Shown here: positions 36,622-48,774 of the stretch, piece by piece
Position numbering within the stretch: position 1 is the stretch's first letter
How the letters are laid out: each line of letters starts with the position of its first letter
Origin: Octopus sinensis
Taxonomy: Eukaryota
DNA length: 64,000 bases
NCBI RefSeq assembly: GCF_006345805.1
Contig: NC_043001.1
Coordinates: 58,528,001-58,592,000 of the forward strand
Reading direction: 5' to 3'
Translations under genes and position numbers: made by a program
The notes under the pieces: generated by a model
What the model saw: the letters and a program-made list of their open reading frames with translations, nothing else
Databases searched by the model: none
Told to the model about the DNA's origin: nothing

Positions 36622-36785
36622 CATCATCATCATCATTATCATCATCATCATCATCATCATTATCATCATCATCATCGTCGTCGTCGTCGTCGTCCTCATC
36701 ATCATCATCATCATCATTGTTATTATTATTATTATTATTATCATTATTATTATGAATATTAATATTATTATAGTTATTATTATTA

Positions 36786-36835
<50 letters not shown>

Positions 36836-36845
36836 ATTATAATTA

Positions 36846-36887
<42 letters not shown>
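36576..36887. repeat. Compound (ATT)/(ATC)/(GTC)n tract
   Basis: Direct reading. Confidence 0.95.
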
Positions 36888-36888
<1 letters not shown>

Positions 36889-37375
36889 CTCGTTATCATA
36901 GATTATGTTGTAGCTCCTGAAGTCTTGCATGCGTAGCAAGCTTACTGCCTGCAGCCTACGGTACAATGCTATTCGCTCTTTTCAGCTATTTAATTCTTTC
37001 CTGATTACTCTGGTCATGTCATACTTAGGAGGATTGTATCTATCTACCATTCTACCTTCCTTTTTGCACTATTCGTGGGTCAAAGGGGCATGCAACATCA
37101 AGTATATAACATATGTCGTGCTTCTTCTCCACCACCACTTGGTCCAGTCTGTTATGCTCGAGCGCCTGATCTGTTTGGATTGGGAAATTGCAGAAGATTT
37201 TGAAAGTCTCAGCCACTCCCTGCGGTTTGTGCTCATATCACGTCTTGCCTTTCTTTAGCCCTCAATTTGTGCAGTTTCCAATGTGGCATTTTCGCTACCT
37301 TATCCTGTCGCCACAATTTGTAGTGGTTTTGGTCAATTTCAGGGCATTCGTTCGTTAAATCTATGGCATATGTTT
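36888..37375 (-). mobile_element. Dong/R4 remnant, lineage D (RLE end)
   Basis: Minus strand gives a degenerate HWKL..FPIQTD..RLDQVVVE motif; homologous to 43065-43700; its 3' end abuts the AAT tract. Confidence 0.7.
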
Positions 37376-38316
37376 GTGAATAATTATTATTGTCGTTGTT
37401 GTTGTTGTTGTTGTTATAAATGTTGTTATAAATGTTGTTATAAACGTCTTTATTGTAAATTTTGCTTTCCTTTTTGGTCGTGGTGTTGTTGATATTCGGA
37501 TTGAAATGTGCAAATATTTCCCAATTATTTTAAGCATCGAAGCAAATTTTTACTGCATTTATCACACAACAATTTTTAAGTTAATTAGTTGGAAATTTAC
37601 CTCTTAACGGGGTATGAAAGCACAGGATTTCTTGAAATAATTCCATATTTTTAGTGTAGTAAATCATACAGCTCAAACAAGAAAACGAAACACAAGAATA
37701 TCACCAGGATATAATACAACTAAGAATTATATAGCAGTAAACGTGTCTAAAGTGCTATCTTGCGTTTTTAACACTTTCACAATAAGAACATTGAGAAATA
37801 TACACCTTCTTCATAAGATAGAATTTAGTTGAATAAATCATAGAACCAATCTCTTGTAAATATAATTTCTAGCAAGAAATCTAAGTTATGAAAAATATTG
37901 TTAAATTGATTTAAAGTATCAGGTTATTTTCCTCTTAATTTGGAGGGCGCCTTTCCAACTCAATGGGGTTCCTTTGAGATACTTTCAAAAGTAAAATTTG
38001 AGAAAATTTGTAGATAGATGGAGTGGTATTTAGTTCATTAGGTGAGGGAGAGGATATGGCATCATATGAGTAATCTTCAGAACCGAGGACGGTAGACGGT
38101 AGAAAACTAAACTTATAATATATGAGACTTACCCATAAAGTTGTACGACCATATATGTCAGAAAAAGTAAAATGAAGGTCAGTTACAAGAACGCCAATCA
38201 CGATTTGTGCACTCTTCATAGTATTGTTTATGGTATCTTTTCTGTGCGTGCTGTAAGTCGACACCAAGTGTGTGTATGCATATATGTATATACATATATA
38301 TATATATGCACATATA

Positions 38317-38358
<42 letters not shown>

Positions 38359-38672
38359 CCTGCTCGCTTAGCCAGCGGGGTGGCGTCATTCGAAGACTAA
38401 AACAACGCGAACGCATTGTGACCAGCGATGTGTAACAACATCTGATCGTCTGGTCCGTCACGTGATGACGTGATATATCTATCAATGGCCAGCATATTAA
38501 AAAATACCTTTAAATATTAAATTTATAAACAATTTATAAACAAGCGCAAAAGAAAAAAATTCTAATGCCAAATATGCCGAAAATAGACACTTCGTGAATA
38601 ACCATATAATTTATTACTATAAGTATGTGTCTCGAAGAAAGCTGGCAGAAATTTCTAAAAAAAAATCCATTA

Positions 38673-38733
38673 TTACCATATCGGACCCGATTTCAGAGTT
38701 AATTCAGAAGAACCTTCTCTTCATCAGTGATAA
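38673..38733 (-). ncRNA. Type I hammerhead ribozyme (complete)
   Basis: TTATCA-CTGATGA-AGAG(18 nt)CTCT-GAAA-TCGG-GT-CCGA-TA-TGGTAA; all core nucleotides present, three stems, AUA cleavage triplet. Confidence 0.85.
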
Positions 38734-39053
38734 ATGTGGCAAAGGAATAATGAAATACTCACTTATACCATTGGAAGAAGCAAACACTAAGGCATGAGCA
38801 CAATTAAGTACCCCAAATATAACCAAAATTGAAATAGGTATTTTTTTTAATTTGCTGGCCATTGATAGAATTTTTTCGAAAAATTTATCCTATATTAGAT
38901 GTAAATTTAATAGTGTTCACTTCCGGACTCAATCACTCTGTGAAAGTTTTCAGTTCGAATCGCACGTGTCTCGAGGTGTGCTGGAGAATTTCTATTTTGT
39001 TAGTGTTTGTTTCTTCCATGGGTATAAATATTTCATTTATTCCTTTGCCGCAT

Positions 39054-39114
39054 TTATCACTGATGAAGAGAAGGTTGTTATGATTTAACTCTGAAATCAG
39101 GTCCGATATGGTAA
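39054..39114 (+). ncRNA. Type I hammerhead ribozyme (complete; one mismatch in stem III)
   Basis: TTATCA-CTGATGA-AGAG(18 nt)CTCT-GAAA-TCAG-GT-CCGA-TA-TGGTAA; predicted cut after 39108. Confidence 0.8.
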
Positions 39115-39258
39115 TAACGGAATTTTTTCTCGAAATTTCTGTCGGCTTTCTTCGAAACACGTACTTATAGTGATAAATTATATGTTTATTGACGAAGTGT
39201 CTATTTTCGGCATATTTGACATTCGAAACTTTTTTTTTCTTTTGTCCTTGTTTATAAA

Positions 39259-39289
<31 letters not shown>

Positions 39290-40324
39290 CAGATACTCTG
39301 GAATAACTGTTCATTTCCTGTTGTCAAGCTGGAGATCCAGAAACTCGCTATCCCTCATACATTAGGTGGTAACATCGAGGAGGTAAAAGAAATAGAGACT
39401 AACTTACAATATCAGCATGAGAAGCAGTGTAGGATATTATTGAAATCTTTATTCATAGAAGTACAACATTCATTTGCGAAGATAAGTATAGAATAGATGC
39501 AAAAGGTCGTGATACACTTTTTGTGATACATTTGCTGTGAAGAAGATCCACCTCTGGCGATAAGAACCACTTCTGTAATGATAATTTCCAGCAAAATTAT
39601 CTCCAAAGCGGTGAAGAGGATTTCATTTCATTTTAATGGGAAACACATTGTATGTGGAGGAAAGCTTAAACTCAATACTAGATATGAAAAATACAATGTT
39701 GTATGCTTCAAAGATGTGCGAGGATTGTCCGGACAAGTTATTTTCTCAAATTGGAGATGGGATCAGTTTGAAAACAAGCATAATAAACAATAAGGCGCTC
39801 AAACTATTTTTACATTATGTTACTGGTAAAGCAAATAAGAATAAGAAACTGCATCTTTCCATCCAGACAACATACTTTATCAGGGACGGACTGGGATGTA
39901 TCAAATGTATATTAAGTCCCTCCCAGCGGGTGGCATGTTCAATAAACGTTGTTGTTCTGTCGTCAAATTATGGTAATCTAAGGAAGCACTTGTTTATTCG
40001 CTATTGTGTTTCGTGGATGCAGACGTTGAGCTGTAAATGACGTATAGTCGTTTTTTGCCAAGTTCCTGAGGAAAAGTTTGGTGTTGGTAGCTGTGTCGGT
40101 TACTTCAATGCATCTGTCTCTTATGCGTATCGTCTCATTCTGTGTGTATGCGGCTTTGGCTCTGGTGGGAAGGTCTAATTCGAATTGTACGAAAAGATTC
40201 CTACTGGCCACATTTTTACAGCATTTCGTGTAGGGCCCTAAGGCTCACCTCGTCTCACTCCTCTTCTAAGCTATCGCAATTGTCATCATTTTCATCATCG
40301 GTTCTTGTTCTTTCTCCTCCTCCT

Positions 40325-40415
40325 CCTTATTCTTCTTCTCTTCTTCTTCTTCTTCTTCTTCTTCTTCTTCTTCTTCTTCTTCTTCTCTTCTTCTTCTTCT
40401 TCTTCTTCTTCTTCT
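40325..40415. repeat. (CTT)n microsatellite
   Basis: Direct reading. Confidence 0.95.
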
Positions 40416-40633
40416 CTTTCTCCACCTCCTTCTTCTGCCTCCCTCGTCTTCCTCCTTCTGCTTTCTTCGTCTTCCACCTCCTCCACACAACCTCGAACTC
40501 AACAGTCAACCAATTAAACTTAAACGATCCATTTTTAATATCCTAGATAAACGCTCTACTCTACCGCACAACCTCACGAAATCCCAATTCCTCACCGTAC
40601 AAAATATCCGAACTAAAAAACTAGTCTATTAAG

Positions 40634-40691
40634 ATAAGATGATAATATGTATATCTTATCATATCGTATTGTGTAAATCTTTTTTCACACT
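40634..40691 (+). repeat. 58-bp perfect direct repeat, copy 1
   Basis: Identical to 45813-45870. Confidence 0.92.
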
Positions 40692-40929
40692 AAGTTAAGG
40701 GAAATGAATTTTGTTTCTTAGTTTGTCCCACTCAAACTATAGTTTGTGCCTCTCAGATTAGCAAGCCGGTCCATCGGAATTTGTCGGGGGCAGTCGTCAA
40801 CAACCAATATCTCTGCAAAGAGTTATTAGGGATGAGGTTTAGGCTTTAGTAGAGAAATAGCATGAGAGGAATCTAGAATATAGGAGAAGCCTAGTTAGGA
40901 GGCTAGAAGAAGTACTACTACAGGCATAA

Positions 40930-41830
40930 TGACCGTTGTGCTTGGGTCTCTATCAATTCTTCATTTCCAAGCACAAAGTTTGCGTTGTCAGAGGTAAGGC
41001 ACGGTTCGCTAAGACATGAGGAAATGAAAGCAATGTAATGGGTCCAATGGCGGAGGTACATCATGGAAATAAAATCACAATTCGGTCTTTGACAGGCCGC
41101 GATAAGCGCATGCTACTCGAATCCAAATAAATGTTTACGGTATTTTAGTAGTATTTGCCGAAGCACTACCAAGCCCGTGGTGTGTCGGAGACTGGGATGG
41201 GGCGATTTCACGTCCTATCTCTGTGGCATACGGCTCTTTTCGGTCAGGGATGCATTACTCCTGCGAAATACAGATAATAGCCGAACATCACGAAAATGAC
41301 TCTGTTCTGCCATTATTGTAAATCGTTTTCCATATTTCTCAATACGTAACTGAATTGTGCATACATGTTTGTTTTACTTGTTGGTTTCGAGCGTGGACTG
41401 TTTCCTTGTCATGCAGTAACCGTAATATATATTGAACTGCGCTTGACACGTGTAGGACGGATCCGGTATTCAACCGAGTCCATCGTGGTAATCGTCCCAT
41501 CACCTACTTTTGGATTGGAAGGCAAGGAGGTTTTCCTGCGTCTAGTGACTATGGCGAAAGAACTAGTGTGGTGGACGAGATTGGAAGGTTTGAAGAGAGA
41601 TATTTTCTTTTTCAGCCAAGATCTCATCGACCTTTTCAGGTTTCACTTAAAAAGAAAAGTGAGATGTGAAACGAAAGTGCTGTCCGCTACTCGAGTATAT
41701 TTCTATAAATGTGGGTGAATACGGCGGGGATAGCCCGTGTGAATGGGCCTACACTGCATATACACATGTAAGCCAGAGTTGATAATGAGGAGAGAGATTC
41801 CTGCCTCGGGTCCCCTTGCTGGTCGGCGTG
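40930..41830 (+). mobile_element. L1/Tx1-clade ORF2 C-terminal remnant
   Basis: RVGRIRYSTESIVVIVP..EGKEVFLRLVTMAKELVWWTRLEG..FRFHLKRKVR; resembles 6950-7090. Confidence 0.7.
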
Positions 41831-41989
41831 ACCAGGATGAGTGGGGTTCCTTCGTTTTCCCTGGGACGAACTTCAAATATTTTTCTTAATTATTGTTTTT
41901 ATTGTATACACGTATATTTGTGTTAAGCCCCTCTTCTCCCTAATTTCTTATTGTCCCTTAAGCTTCTTATTATCACTTTCTTTGCTGTG

Positions 41990-42780
41990 CGAAGTGCACA
42001 AGTAGACCAAAACGAATGCCTTCTTAGTTATCCACTAGATTTAGATCTCACTGGCTAGGCCCTGATGTTTCTTAATTTTGTGAATTTCTTTGACATCCAG
42101 TCTATTACACGTATGTTATTTCATAGTCTATGATCTTGCACTGTACTTTCCTTTTGGTGTTTCTCTTCAATGATATATGATGTCCTTGCGTGAAGAGTAT
42201 GGAAATCCCATAAAATCCTGTAATGTTGAATATGACAACCTTTGGCTCGTATTTATACCAATTTGTTGCTACGTTCAATCCACATATTCGGTTAACATCC
42301 CGATACCTTTTTACCTACACATTGAAGGCTTCGCTTTAATAGGTTTTGTACTAGCTTAATGCATTCAATTAAGATATGGTTAACGCTTTCGTGTTTGTTC
42401 CCACGATTTCTGCACTTGCCCTCTGATGCAGTTTATCAGATCTTGCCTTCATGAAATTCGTTGTAATGGATTTTTTTTTCCAGATGAGTTATATTTACCG
42501 ATTTGGTTTCACGTATCTGCTTTTCGTTCGTCAGACACAATCATCGATCTTTAGTTCCAATATCTCGGATTCTGGTGTGAACTGGCCATGTATTTCCTCT
42601 ATTTCCAGCAATAAATCAAGTTTTTTCCATTCTATTTTTGATTTCTCAAACTGTCTCAATAACTCTTAGAATATTTATAGGTGCAACAAATATTTTCAAA
42701 CTTGATATCGCAGTACGTATTGTTTTTTCTGGAATTAGCAGGCCTCCGACACACTTGGTTTCTTGGTAGCAGAACTTGTC
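41990..42780 (-). mobile_element. Highly decayed Dong/R4 remnant
   Basis: Minus strand RICGLNVATNWYKYEPKVV..GF(YG)IS..CKIIDY resembles the finger-to-RLE segment. Confidence 0.5.
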
Positions 42781-42824
42781 GATATTACATTTAGAGTTTT
42801 GCATTTGTATTAGGTTCCATGTCT

Positions 42825-42825
42825 G

Positions 42826-42919
<94 letters not shown>

Positions 42920-43007
42920 CACCTATCTGCCTGCCTACCTACCTACCTACCTACCTACCTACCTACCTATCTATCTCTCTTTCTATCTATCTATCTATAT
43001 GTCTGTC

Positions 43008-43058
<51 letters not shown>
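42825..43058. repeat. Compound (TCTA)n-(CCTA)n-(TA)n
   Basis: Direct reading. Confidence 0.95.
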
Positions 43059-43062
<4 letters not shown>

Positions 43063-43064
43063 TT

Positions 43065-44350
43065 ATTATCATTATTTCTTTTTATCCCGAGTTTTGTTGG
43101 AACTTTTGGAGTCTTGCATGCTTAGCGAATTTGCTTCCTACAGCCTACGGTACCATGCTATCTGTTCTTTTCGACTATGTAATACTGTCCTCATTATTCC
43201 AGTATAATCCAGTTGATGCCTTCCGACACGGTTCCCAAAGACTCAATAATAATTGACACTATCTTGCCCTTCTTTATTTTCCATAGACGGGCTATTTGGT
43301 ACTTAAGTGGGCTGTAGTTATCAATTTTTCGCCTTCCTGCTTGATTATTCGTGGGTCAAGGTGACACGCAAAATAAACTGTATAGCATATGTGGTGCATC
43401 ATGTCCACCACCACTAGGTCCGGTCTGTTAAGTTCTAGCACCTGATCTCTTTGGATTGGGAAATCGCAGGAGATTTTACAAGTCCCTGCTACTCACTGCG
43501 TTTTGTCTTCATACAATGTCTTGCCTCTCTCTAGTCCCCACTTTTCGCATAGTTTCCAATGTAACACTCTCGCTACCTGATCGTGTTGCTACAACTTGCA
43601 GTGGCTTGGGGTAAATCTAGGACATTCAATCGTAATATGGCCAATGGGTTCATCCAAACTATTGCTCCTTCCTAATGTTGCCCCTCCAATTTGTGGCCAA
43701 ATACCATTCTGCAGCCAATCCCACCTATGTTTTCCAGTAACTTCTGTTGTGGCTACATGGAAGTGATTGTGCAGCCCCTTCTTGCGCAGTGCTTCTTCAG
43801 GTCATTCCTGTACTTCTTCCTTTGTTTTTGCTTTTGTCTCTCCTTTCAACACTCATTTATTCCTAATCGACACTAGCAATGTTTCCTTACTAGCAATATT
43901 TCCTCATTAAGCTCTCGAGTTCAATTCGTACGCAGTCTTTCACACTTATCGGTCTCCTTCCTCCGTGTGCTCTCTTGATGTATAGGTGATCAGTGTCCGC
44001 ATGTGGAAGATGGGCTCTACGCATCGTTAGGAACTTTCTTGACTTCCAATCCAATCATTTAACTCCTCTTTGTCCACCGCAGGATTTCAGTGTCATACTC
44101 AAATACTGCGCGTGAGCTTATTGTCGAAATGATGATTCTGGCATTCAGCTTTGAAGACAATGTTTTCTTCCCTCGCCGCAGGTAATCTTTCTCTATCTTT
44201 ACTTTCATATCATTGAGTTTAATTCTATCCGCCTCAAGTATTCCCAGGTATTTATAACTGGACTAAGGTTCAGTTGCCTTCATGAATTCACCATTTGACA
44301 TACACATGCCTTCTATCATGACAAGCTTTCATCGACTCATCACCATCTTA
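43065..44350 (-). mobile_element. Dong/R4 remnant, lineage D (RT thumb to RLE)
   Basis: Minus strand SSYKYLGILE, HLYIKRAHGGR, CDFPIQRDQVLELNRPDLVVVD. Confidence 0.8.
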
Positions 44351-45812
44351 ACACATTTTGAAAGTATATATAGAGAGCTCCTGAGTACTGAAAGCTAAAT
44401 GAATCTTCCACAGCACGCAAAGATTACAGAAATAAGATAAGCATACTATTTATACGGGCGCTGAGGAATCAATCGTCAACAACAAACGGCAACTAGCTCT
44501 GGAATATACTATAAGAATGGAGTTGATAAAGCTTATTAATGAAATATTGATGGCCAAATCTAGATAGAGCGAGAGCTAGTTAGGAAAATAGAAACGTTAA
44601 TGCAACCATCGTATTCGAGGCGCGATTGATCCTTGGTTAATTCAACAGTGAGAAGTACGAAGGTGGTATTGTCAAAGCTACGGTACTTTCTGTGAAATAT
44701 AACGAAAGCCGTTGACAGTCCTGGTTGGTAAAGTGTCAATGAGACAAAAATAAAACGCAATAGCTTGAAATTAGTTCGTTTCTGGCAATATGCAGTACAC
44801 AAATTGCATAGAAATGAATATATTTGTAAAAGTACATTTGATTGAGAGAGCTTGGGTTGAATGCATTATTTCTATTCTGCCAAGCCAATAAGCATAAAAA
44901 TACATTAAAACTATTATGAATTACTTTTAATCCTTAAAATTCTATGTATTTTATGCCAGGAGATGTTAGAATTGAAGATTGGAGCGAACACAGAGCAAAA
45001 GTGCGTACGGTCATGTTATTATATGTACTTGAATTCAATTGAAGGGAGAATTTCCATTATTCTAGAAAAGTAAGATTTTTTAATCATAAAATACCATTTT
45101 CAGAAGGAACGACAAAAAAGGGAAAGAGAAAGAGTGCGATGAATATCTGAGAGAGAGGGAAGAGGAAGATGGATGGAGGCTGAGAGATACGGAGAGAAAT
45201 ATATATATAAAGAGTGATAGGTGGCATATGTGCTTTCGTAATTGGTATTTGTTTCCTTATTGAATTCAAAATTACTCTCTTTTAGAAGCGATAATAATAT
45301 ATCGAAAAGAAAAAGAGCATACACAAGGGGAAAATTAGACAAAACACAAGATGATATCTCTAGAAATAACTTGTCTAAAGAACCAGTTGAGATTTTGTAT
45401 GGAAAGGTGTAGTCATATTGACAATATTTAAAAATTATAGTGGTTAAACATCAGTTTTGAAATGGCAAATATCAGTCTGGTGTATAGTAAATAAATATAG
45501 AATGTTTATTCATGAACTAAAAGATAAGGTTGTGAGTATTGATATTTTAGAAACGTGCAAAAATGAAACTAATAAAGTAAAAACGAGAAAAATTCTAGAA
45601 ATCTAAATAAAAATGCGTAATAAAAAATTTGGAAAAAATGTCTTAGAAGAAGAATAAATGTTATCAGTATTTTGAGATGACTCGCTTAGAAAAGTGAAAT
45701 TAAGAACATAAAATTAAATGGTAGTCTGATAAGGAATCTTTATAAAATCAGATATTTTTCACGGAAAAATATCACGAGAATTTATCGTATAATGTGAATA
45801 AAAAAAATTAGA

Positions 45813-45870
45813 ATAAGATGATAATATGTATATCTTATCATATCGTATTGTGTAAATCTTTTTTCACACT
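45813..45870 (+). repeat. 58-bp perfect direct repeat, copy 2
   Basis: Identical to 40634-40691. Confidence 0.92.
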
Positions 45871-46368
45871 TATGGTAAATACCATATAGTGAGTGTTGGT
45901 ATTAGTCAATTAGTCTCTTTCTTCTTAATCATTTAATATAACACCAGTTTCGTAATGGTGATAGTATTAAGAAATCTGAATAAAGAAAATTCGAACTGAA
46001 ATTGAAAACATTAAGTTGCATTGAAGAGTAGATATAATTTAGTTCTGAACTTATATATGAAGAATAATATTTTCCTGAAAGCACCGTCTCACAAATTAAA
46101 AGTTTCTTTGGAAATGCTATAACACTCTTCGGATGATAATATAATATGGCATGAATAGCAGATTTTTAAAGGTTAAGAGCCAAACAGAATGACTTGGAAG
46201 AGTTTCTTTGTAGTCAGCAGAGCCATCACTTAGATGTGATAGATAGCTTGACTCGCTAAAACTACTCACCGAATCTTCTTCAGTTATATATCGTAGTACC
46301 AAATTAAAAATAGAAGTGTACATCATAATTTGTAGTTCTTTACACACAATAACAGAATTAGATGCGTA

Positions 46369-46601
46369 AAGGCGGTGAGATGGCAGAAACGTTAGCAAAC
46401 CTGGCGTTATGCTTAGCGGTATTTCGTCTGCCGTTACGTTCTGAGTTCAAATTCTGCCGAGGTTGACTTTGCCTTTCATCCTTTCGGGGTCGATAAATTA
46501 AGAACCTGTTGCGCACTGGGGTCGATGTAATCGACTTAAACCCTTTGTCTGTTCTTGTTTGTCCCCTCTAAGTTTAGCCCCTTGTGGGCAATAAAGAAAT
46601 A
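46369..46601 (+). mobile_element. SINE family B, full length
   Basis: Highly similar to 12559-12791. Confidence 0.9.
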
Positions 46602-47529
46602 CGAATAAGATACGTAATTATAATAGCTGAAAAATATTTGATCCTAAGTCTACTAAATGTGGACTGAGTTGGATTTTAAAATAACAACTTGCATTTTATT
46701 TAGTTTTAAATCACGCCAAAGCTGCTCATGGCTTCCTTCTTCGAAAGTGCGATAAAATAATAATGAATACTTTTGTCGATTAATCAATATTCTCAAAGCG
46801 TACTCGGCTGAATGTGTAGCCATTTTCTTTAGTTAGAAAACTATTATTCCTAGCGCATTCGAAATCCAAGACGGTCACTCATCGAATGAGCCACAGACTA
46901 CGTACTGTTGATCGACTTGCTAGAAATAGATGCCAGATTGTGTTATATCGTCATTTGCCTAAGAAGATAAGGAGAGAAAGGATTCATTGGACAATGTAGC
47001 TCTTGCTACAAAATAATATCGGTTGGTTAAGAGCAGAATCAACACCATATTAAAACTATATTAGCGTTGTATTGGAGCAACGTAATAAAAATCACAATGA
47101 AAAAAGAACGAGATTTTCTCAATAGGAGATTTTAATAGAATGCTATACGTGTGTGTGTGTGTGTACAAAGAGAGACAGCGAGATCACTCGACTGCCTGTG
47201 ATGCGCGCGTTTGTACTGTGTGGATATATACTTTTGTCTTACATCATAGTTGGAGATAACTGGAACCTTTCTACAGGTATTCATTTTTTATTCCCATTCA
47301 CCAACGGACACTGATCATTTTGCCTCCAAACAGAAATAACAAAGACACAAAATCCACGGAGACGTGGCCAAACATGGACAAAATTCAATGATCACAACAT
47401 GTGAGAGATAAACAGAAAATTAAAAACGTTTAAATAGGTAAAATGCTGATGCAAACTTAGAACTGTAAGTAGTCGGCATAGTCACAATTACAACATACCT
47501 CCTAGGTTTACTCGTTCAGGGTTTGTTAT

Positions 47530-47695
47530 GCCTAAACAAAACAACAATAACAACTACCATCAACACCTACATCATCACCACCACCATTATCACCATCACC
47601 ATCACTACTACTACTACTACTACTACATCACCACTGCCATCACCACCACTACCACTACCACCACCACTACTACTACTACTGATGATGATGATGAT
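47530..47695. repeat. Compound trinucleotide tract (CAT/TAC/CAC/GAT)
   Basis: Direct reading. Confidence 0.9.
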
Positions 47696-48400
47696 GGGAC
47701 TGCTGCTGCTATACCAAACTGAAATGGTATTTTAACGAAGATAAAGTATTGTACATTTTATAAGATCCCTGAAATTACAGCATTTAATAATTCTGATACT
47801 CAAAAGAAGAAGAAGCGACGATTTGAGAAAAGCCGCAATTAGTTTTTACATTATTTATATAATACAAAATTTAACGGTTAACACTATTGACATTTCAACA
47901 TTTCAAAGTTGTTTTCATATTCTCGTGCAAAACTGCATTTATTTTCCGTGAATTAACTACAACAGAACATAGACTCGAAAATTAACTAGTAACACATTTG
48001 ACAGATATGTGACGCGAGCGATTAAACGTGCATAGTTTTTAGTCACATGGCAGTATAGACAAAGAAGCAGATTAATGTAACATACATAAAATATTTGTAA
48101 GTCAGTGACTCAATGAAAATGTTGCATATTTTGAATTTTAGGTACTGTTAAATTCATAGGTTTTACAAATTCAAATATGGCAGTAGGATATCCCGAATGT
48201 TCGGCTGGACTCAGTGACTTAGTACGAGTTTATAAATTGTAGAATAAACCATTAAAAAAGATATTATCTTCATGTGCACAAGGATGAATATTGTCCCTCT
48301 GTTTATATGTCTATCTATTTGTCCCATTCTTCATTTCTTTCTTCTTACTTCCTTCTTGCCCTCCCTTCTTTCATACTTTCTTTCTCTTTGTCTCTGTCTT

Positions 48401-48435
<35 letters not shown>

Positions 48436-48487
48436 GCTATATATATATGTGAACACACATACACACACTCTCATATGTATATATACC

Positions 48488-48626
48488 ACGGGCTTCTTTC
48501 AGTTTCCACCTACCAAATTCACTCACAAGGCTTTGGTTGGCCCGAGCCTATAGTAGAAGACACTTGCCCAGGGTTCCACAGTGTGATATTCAACCCGGAA
48601 CCATGTGGTTGGTAAGCAAGCTACTA
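48488..48626 (-). mobile_element. SINE family A
   Basis: Reverse complement contains accacatggttccgggttg..ccctgggcaagtgtcttctactatagg..gaaactgaaagaagcccgt. Confidence 0.85.
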
Positions 48627-48774
48627 TAGTTCATAAAATTTGCCATGAAGGCATTACAAAGAGGGAACGGACAAAGACAGACAAACATAAAAAGGTGAGT
48701 AGCTGTTAATCGATTAAAAATTAATGATGATAAATTAATACAACTAAAAATTCAGAATTCCTAATTACAATTTT

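Larger units (their letters stand above)
38478..39262. mobile_element. Two inverted partial copies of a ~445-nt hammerhead-bearing repeat unit
   Basis: 38530-38790 is the reverse complement of 39000-39262; 38478-38509 is the reverse complement of 38836-38869; each large arm holds a hammerhead. Confidence 0.88.

Noticed and set aside
38478-38869. Simple MITE with 32-bp TIRs
   Set aside because: This does not explain the second inverted copy of the interior or the two ribozymes. The circular-permutation reading fits all blocks, although a MITE is not fully excluded.
39978-40211. Possible tandem-RRM LINE ORF1 fragment (RNLFVQFE..TKLFLRNL)
   Set aside because: The resemblance is too weak to call without an HMM search.
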